Assembly (NCBI GenBank): GCA_041676545.1
Contig: JBAYRQ010000004.1
Coordinates: 39,886-103,885 of the forward strand
DNA length: 64,000 nucleotides
Source of the DNA: Weeksellaceae bacterium
GTDB taxonomy: Bacteria; Bacteroidota; Bacteroidia; Flavobacteriales; Weeksellaceae
Reading direction: 5' to 3'
The notes under the pieces were generated by a model, which saw only the letters and a list, made by a program, of their open reading frames with translations, ran no database searches and was not told the DNA's origin. Position 1 is the stretch's first letter. Every line of letters starts with the position of its first letter. A program made the position numbers and the translations under genes. Of the stretch, positions 59,926 to 64,000 are shown piece after piece.

Positions 59926-60546
59926 ATGAATTATCCTAGTAAAGTATTAGAACGTGCGGTTGATGAAATGTCAAACCTTCCAGGAGTCGGAAAAAGGACT
60001 GCTTTAAGGCTGGTACTCCACATGTTACAGCGACCATCTATCCAAACAGAAAATTTAGCAAATGCGCTAAAAAATTTAGTGAACGACATCCAATATTGCG
60101 AAAAATGCCATACAATTTCGGATTCAGAGCTTTGTCAGATTTGTGCAAACCCAAATCGGGATGCGTCGATAATTTGTGTAGTGGAAGATGTGCGCGATGT
60201 GATGGCCATAGAAAATACGGGTCAATACCGAGGAGTTTTTCATGTTTTAGGTGGACGAATTTCTCCGATGGATGGAATGGGTCCCGACCAACTTCACATT
60301 GATACACTTGTAGAAAGAGTGAAAACCGATGAGATTTCTGAAATTATTTTTGCACTTAGTTCCACGATTGAAGGCGATACTACAGCATTCTATCTTTTCA
60401 AAGTGCTGAAAGAAGCGCAACTTACTTTTTCAACCATTGCGCGAGGAATTGGAATTGGAGATGAGTTGGAATATGCCGATGAAGCGACTTTGGTTCGTTC
60501 TTTACAACACCGTGTTCCGTATATTGAATCAACTTCGAAAGGATGA
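59926..60546 (+). CDS. recR: Recombination mediator RecR
   Basis: [12 protein letters not shown]4 zinc finger, HVLGG and TOPRIM EGDTT motifs. Confidence 0.96.
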   Translation: MNYPSKVLERAVDEMSNLPGVGKRTALRLVLHMLQRPSIQTENLANALKNLVNDIQYCEKCHTISDSELCQICANPNRDASIICVVEDVRDVMAIENTGQYRGVFHVLGGRISPMDGMGPDQLHIDTLVERVKTDEISEIIFALSSTIEGDTTAFYLFKVLKEAQLTFSTIARGIGIGDELEYADEATLVRSLQHRVPYIESTSKG

Positions 60547-61616
60547 AAGTATCGATTGTAATTGTTAGCTACAATGCGCGCTATTATTTGGAGCAATGTC
60601 TGCAAAGTGTTTTGGCAGCGCTGCATTCTGTGGGAGGCGAAATCATTGTAGTTGACAATGATTCACCCGAAAAAACGATTGATTTTATTCGTGATAAATT
60701 CCCGACGGTTCATTTTATAGAATCGCAAACGAATTTAGGTTTTGGAAAAGCGAATAATGTAGGCGTGGAAAAAGCAAAAGGAGAGTATGTATTGATTTTA
60801 AATCCAGATACATTGATTCCCGAAGACTTGTTTGAAAAGATTTTGTCTTTTGCCGATTCTAAATCTGATTTAGGCGCTTTGGGCGTTCGACTTATTGATG
60901 CCGATGGAAATTTTCATCCGGAAAGCAAACGAAACATTCCAACGTTTCAGAACACTTTTGGGAAATTGTTTGGCTCGTTGGTAAATTCTAAAAGATCAAA
61001 ATCCTATTACAAAATAGAAGTTGCGGAAGATGAAATCGCTCCGGCAGAAATTTTAGTTGGTGCTTTTATGTTGCTTCGAAAATCGGTTTATCAAAAAGTT
61101 GGTGGATTTGATGAGGCTTATTTTATGTACGGCGAAGATATAGATTTGAGTTATACTTTGGTTTTAAATGGTTTTACGAATTATTATTACGGAAAGTCAA
61201 CGGTGATTCATTACAAAGGGGAAAGCACCCGAAAGGATACCAAGTATTTAAAAGTTTTTTTTGGAGCGATGAAAATTTTTATTGGAAAATATTATCGAAA
61301 CAATCCGATTCAGTTTTTTCTGTTTAATTTGGGTTTACGAATTCGGTATTATTTAGCGCGATCCAAAGGCGCTTTCAAAAAGGAAGATAAAATCACGAAG
61401 GCAATTATCCCAATAGAGAATATGCAACGCATTGAATCCGAAAAAGAAATCAATAAAAAATCCGCCCAAATTCTATTGGACGGATCGGTTTTTTCGCATC
61501 AACAAATGATTGAAATTATCTCCCATCATGCTGAATTAAATCGTCAGTTTTTCATTCATCCCAATGGAATGAACGTAATCATCGGTGATTCTCGATTAAC
61601 GGAAATCAAGCCCTAA
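60543..61616 (+). CDS. Glycosyltransferase family 2
   Basis: [18 protein letters not shown] and [15 protein letters not shown] motifs. Confidence 0.92.
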   Translation: MKVSIVIVSYNARYYLEQCLQSVLAALHSVGGEIIVVDNDSPEKTIDFIRDKFPTVHFIESQTNLGFGKANNVGVEKAKGEYVLILNPDTLIPEDLFEKILSFADSKSDLGALGVRLIDADGNFHPESKRNIPTFQNTFGKLFGSLVNSKRSKSYYKIEVAEDEIAPAEILVGAFMLLRKSVYQKVGGFDEAYFMYGEDIDLSYTLVLNGFTNYYYGKSTVIHYKGESTRKDTKYLKVFFGAMKIFIGKYYRNNPIQFFLFNLGLRIRYYLARSKGAFKKEDKITKAIIPIENMQRIESEKEINKKSAQILLDGSVFSHQQMIEIISHHAELNRQFFIHPNGMNVIIGDSRLTEIKP

Positions 61617-61632
61617 GACGAAATTAAAAATG

Positions 61633-61884
61633 TTATTGGGCAGCTTTCGCTTCTTCAGCAGCTCTTTCTTCTTCCAATTTCTTTGTAGCTGCATTTTCTT
61701 CAGCTACATCAACTGTTGAAGCATCTACAACCGTATCAATCGTTGCATTGTCTGCAGGTGTATCTTCTACTACTTCCATATTGCCTTCGTGTTCAACAGG
61801 TAAAATAGCTTTATTACCACTTGGTGTAGAATCACAAGATGCCATAAGAAAGGCACCTACCAATAAAAGTCCAATTTTTTTCAT
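61633..61884 (-). CDS. Small acidic lipoprotein
   Basis: Lipobox MASC with a low-complexity acidic tail. Confidence 0.75.
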   Translation of the reverse strand: MKKIGLLLVGAFLMASCDSTPSGNKAILPVEHEGNMEVVEDTPADNATIDTVVDASTVDVAEENAATKKLEEERAAEEAKAAQ

Positions 61885-61917
61885 AATTATTTAATTTAAA
61901 GATTATTATTTACAAAT

Positions 61918-62568
61918 TTACTTTAATTCTGCAATCTTTTGAACACCTCCTTTTGTTTTGTCTCCAATCTTAACCAAGATTTCGGTATCGAGCGGTAAAA
62001 ATATATCCAATCGCGAACCAAATTTTATAAATCCATACTCTTCACCAGCCCGTGCCTCATCGTTCACTTTTGAATACATCACTATTCTCCGTGCAACTGC
62101 ACCTGCAATCTGACGGAAAAGAACTTGTTTCTTTTCTTCGGTTTCGACGACTACGGTTGTTCTTTCATTTAATTCTGATGATTTCGGATGGAATGCAACC
62201 AAGTATTTTCCTTTGTGGTATTTGGTATAAATTACTTTTCCAGAAATAGGGTAGCGGTTTACATGCACATTCAAAGGCGACATAAATATTGAAAGTTGAA
62301 TACAACGTCTTTTTAAGAATTCATTTTCTTCCACTTCTTCTAGAACAACTACTTTCCCATCAACGGGTGCTATAATGTCATGAATTTCAGCTTCCGAAAG
62401 ACGTGTAGGGTTTCTGAAGAACCAAATGATGAATCCATACAAAATCCAAATAGGTGTTATTAACCAAATTCCATGTATAGGATTAATGTAATACGCAACA
62501 GCACTTAATGCCAAAAAGAATAAAAAAAAACCAACTAAAATAGCTCTACCTTCTCTGTGTAGCTTCAT
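61918..62568 (-). CDS. psd: Phosphatidylserine decarboxylase proenzyme
   Basis: APVDGKV, SIFMSPLNVHVNR and FGSR self-cleavage motifs. Confidence 0.95.
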   Translation of the reverse strand: MKLHREGRAILVGFFLFFLALSAVAYYINPIHGIWLITPIWILYGFIIWFFRNPTRLSEAEIHDIIAPVDGKVVVLEEVEENEFLKRRCIQLSIFMSPLNVHVNRYPISGKVIYTKYHKGKYLVAFHPKSSELNERTTVVVETEEKKQVLFRQIAGAVARRIVMYSKVNDEARAGEEYGFIKFGSRLDIFLPLDTEILVKIGDKTKGGVQKIAELK

Positions 62569-63398
62569 AAAACTTCATTTAATAACATATATAAATAGAC
62601 CATCGGGATTACAAATATAAAACTATCCAATCGATCTAAGAAACCACCGTGACCGGGAATTAATTTCCCACTGTCTTTAGCATTGAAACTCCTTTTTAAT
62701 TTGGATTCTATCAAGTCACCAATCGGTGCAAACAAAGCAACAATGAATCCGATTATCAACCAGTTAAAACGACTTTCTTGAAAAATATGATATTGAAAAA
62801 TATATCCACAGAGTAGGGTGAAAACAAAACCTCCAATTGCACCTTCCCACGATTTTCCACTTGAAATTTTGGGTGCTAACTTATGTTTTCCCCAAAGACT
62901 TCCTACAACATACGCCGCACTGTCACTGATCCAAATTAAAATAAATATAAAAAGTATTTCATTTGTAATTACTTCTTTTCCCGATTCAAAATATACGGTC
63001 GGAAGCGTTAATGCCAATGCAAACGGAACCGTTACATAAATGACTCCTACGGTTGCTTTCCCAAATTCTACATAGAGTTCTTTGCTCGAAAAAAGGATGG
63101 TATAACAAGCGAGAATGAATAGAATAGGTCCGGCAAAACTAAGGGATTCCATCACAAACGCAGAGCGTTGGAACAATAAATAATCTGAGAAATAATAAAA
63201 AACCGCTACGGAACCTAAAAAGGCAAGAGCGACATATAATTTATCCGTAAGCTCCGTAATTGAAATGTATTCGATGAAACATAAAACACCGAATAAAGCC
63301 ATCAGGCTTAAGAAAACCCACGGATGACCTGTAGTTCCAAAATAGATTAAACCGATGTAAACTACACCTGAAAGAACACGAGGAAGTAAATTTTTCAT
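62565..63398 (-). CDS. cdsA: Phosphatidate cytidylyltransferase
   Basis: SDSAAY..G...GKHKLAPKISSGKSWEG and KDSGKLIPGHGGFLDRLDS motifs. Confidence 0.96.
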   Translation of the reverse strand: MKNLLPRVLSGVVYIGLIYFGTTGHPWVFLSLMALFGVLCFIEYISITELTDKLYVALAFLGSVAVFYYFSDYLLFQRSAFVMESLSFAGPILFILACYTILFSSKELYVEFGKATVGVIYVTVPFALALTLPTVYFESGKEVITNEILFIFILIWISDSAAYVVGSLWGKHKLAPKISSGKSWEGAIGGFVFTLLCGYIFQYHIFQESRFNWLIIGFIVALFAPIGDLIESKLKRSFNAKDSGKLIPGHGGFLDRLDSFIFVIPMVYLYMLLNEVL

Positions 63399-63994
63399 TA
63401 AAATTGTTCTACTAAAAGTAAATATAAATTTTTAGACGAGCTATTTCCCTCAATGATGTGTGGATTTCTTCCTCGTATCGATGTGATTTGACTTGGAATA
63501 TTCCCAGCTTTTTTCGAATTTAGCCTCTGCATTGCCTCATTGAGGTTGGTAACCAATTGACTTGGATTTGCGAAAATGATGATGTTGTTTGGTAAATCCA
63601 TTTGTTTTACTCCTTTCGTTTGATGGGAGGAAAGCATAATGGAACCGTCCAAAGCCACTAAATATTCACATTCAATAAAAGCAAAATCCGCAGTTGGACT
63701 CACTTCTTCAGTATTTTTTATATTTAGCCTATTTAATAGCGATTTTAAAGAATCATCAAAACAGATGGCTTCCACCACTTGTTCATTTATAATAATCTCT
63801 TTGAGGTTTTCAAGTGTTTCCTGTTCGTTCTCACAATAGAAAAAGAGACCACCACCGGCTACGAAGTTTTTCGTAAACAATACATCGATAGGTACTTTCG
63901 TTTGAAATGTAACATATTCCAATTCGGAATCCTCTTGCTCTGAATCGTCAGATTGGGGGATAAAAAGCTGTTTTATTTTTTTCCACATACTCAT
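63398..63994 (-). CDS. LUD-domain (LutC/YkgG-like) protein
   Basis: FIECEYLVALDGSI..SS motif; conserved position upstream of cdsA. Confidence 0.8.
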   Translation of the reverse strand: MSMWKKIKQLFIPQSDDSEQEDSELEYVTFQTKVPIDVLFTKNFVAGGGLFFYCENEQETLENLKEIIINEQVVEAICFDDSLKSLLNRLNIKNTEEVSPTADFAFIECEYLVALDGSIMLSSHQTKGVKQMDLPNNIIIFANPSQLVTNLNEAMQRLNSKKAGNIPSQITSIRGRNPHIIEGNSSSKNLYLLLVEQF

Positions 63995-64000
63995 TTCTGA

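Overview
AT-rich Bacteroidota DNA. A Flavobacteriales/Weeksellaceae-like origin is inferred from TAnnTTTG promoters, T9SS genes and the bamD-rpoZ-coaBC-DUF4835-recN gene order. From left to right: (1) a copper-efflux cluster (partial P1B ATPase, DUF3347, TolC, CusA, HYC_CC_PP), then a deletion scar joining truncated GH130 and mannose-6-phosphate isomerase genes, and csbD; (2) housekeeping genes (FKBP lipoprotein, hslR, aroK, tRNA-Lys, DEAD-box helicase); (3) a mutagenesis cassette (dinB, dnaE2-like, DEDDh/GIY-YIG nuclease) divergent from an HTH-S24 LexA-like repressor, with a palindrome between them; (4) a lone cholesterol-dependent-cytolysin-like gene preceded by three 21-bp-phased palindromes; (5) a wHTH/DUF4153 operon with a duplicated operator; (6) the most unusual region, about 26.4-31.4 kb: an integrase-less, integron-like array of same-strand gene cassettes (a toxin-antitoxin pair and immunity-like ORFs) with matching GTT/AAC core sites, two attC-like hairpins, three copies of a structured promoter-bearing 150-280 bp element and two copies of a 65-bp palindromic element; (7) alpha-2-macroglobulin, ppk2, a MacAB-like ABC system, T9SS substrates with PorP/SprF, Rrf2 and core genes (recN to LUD). 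No CRISPR array, rRNA, integrase or transposase was seen. All family calls come from motif recognition by eye; no database search was run.
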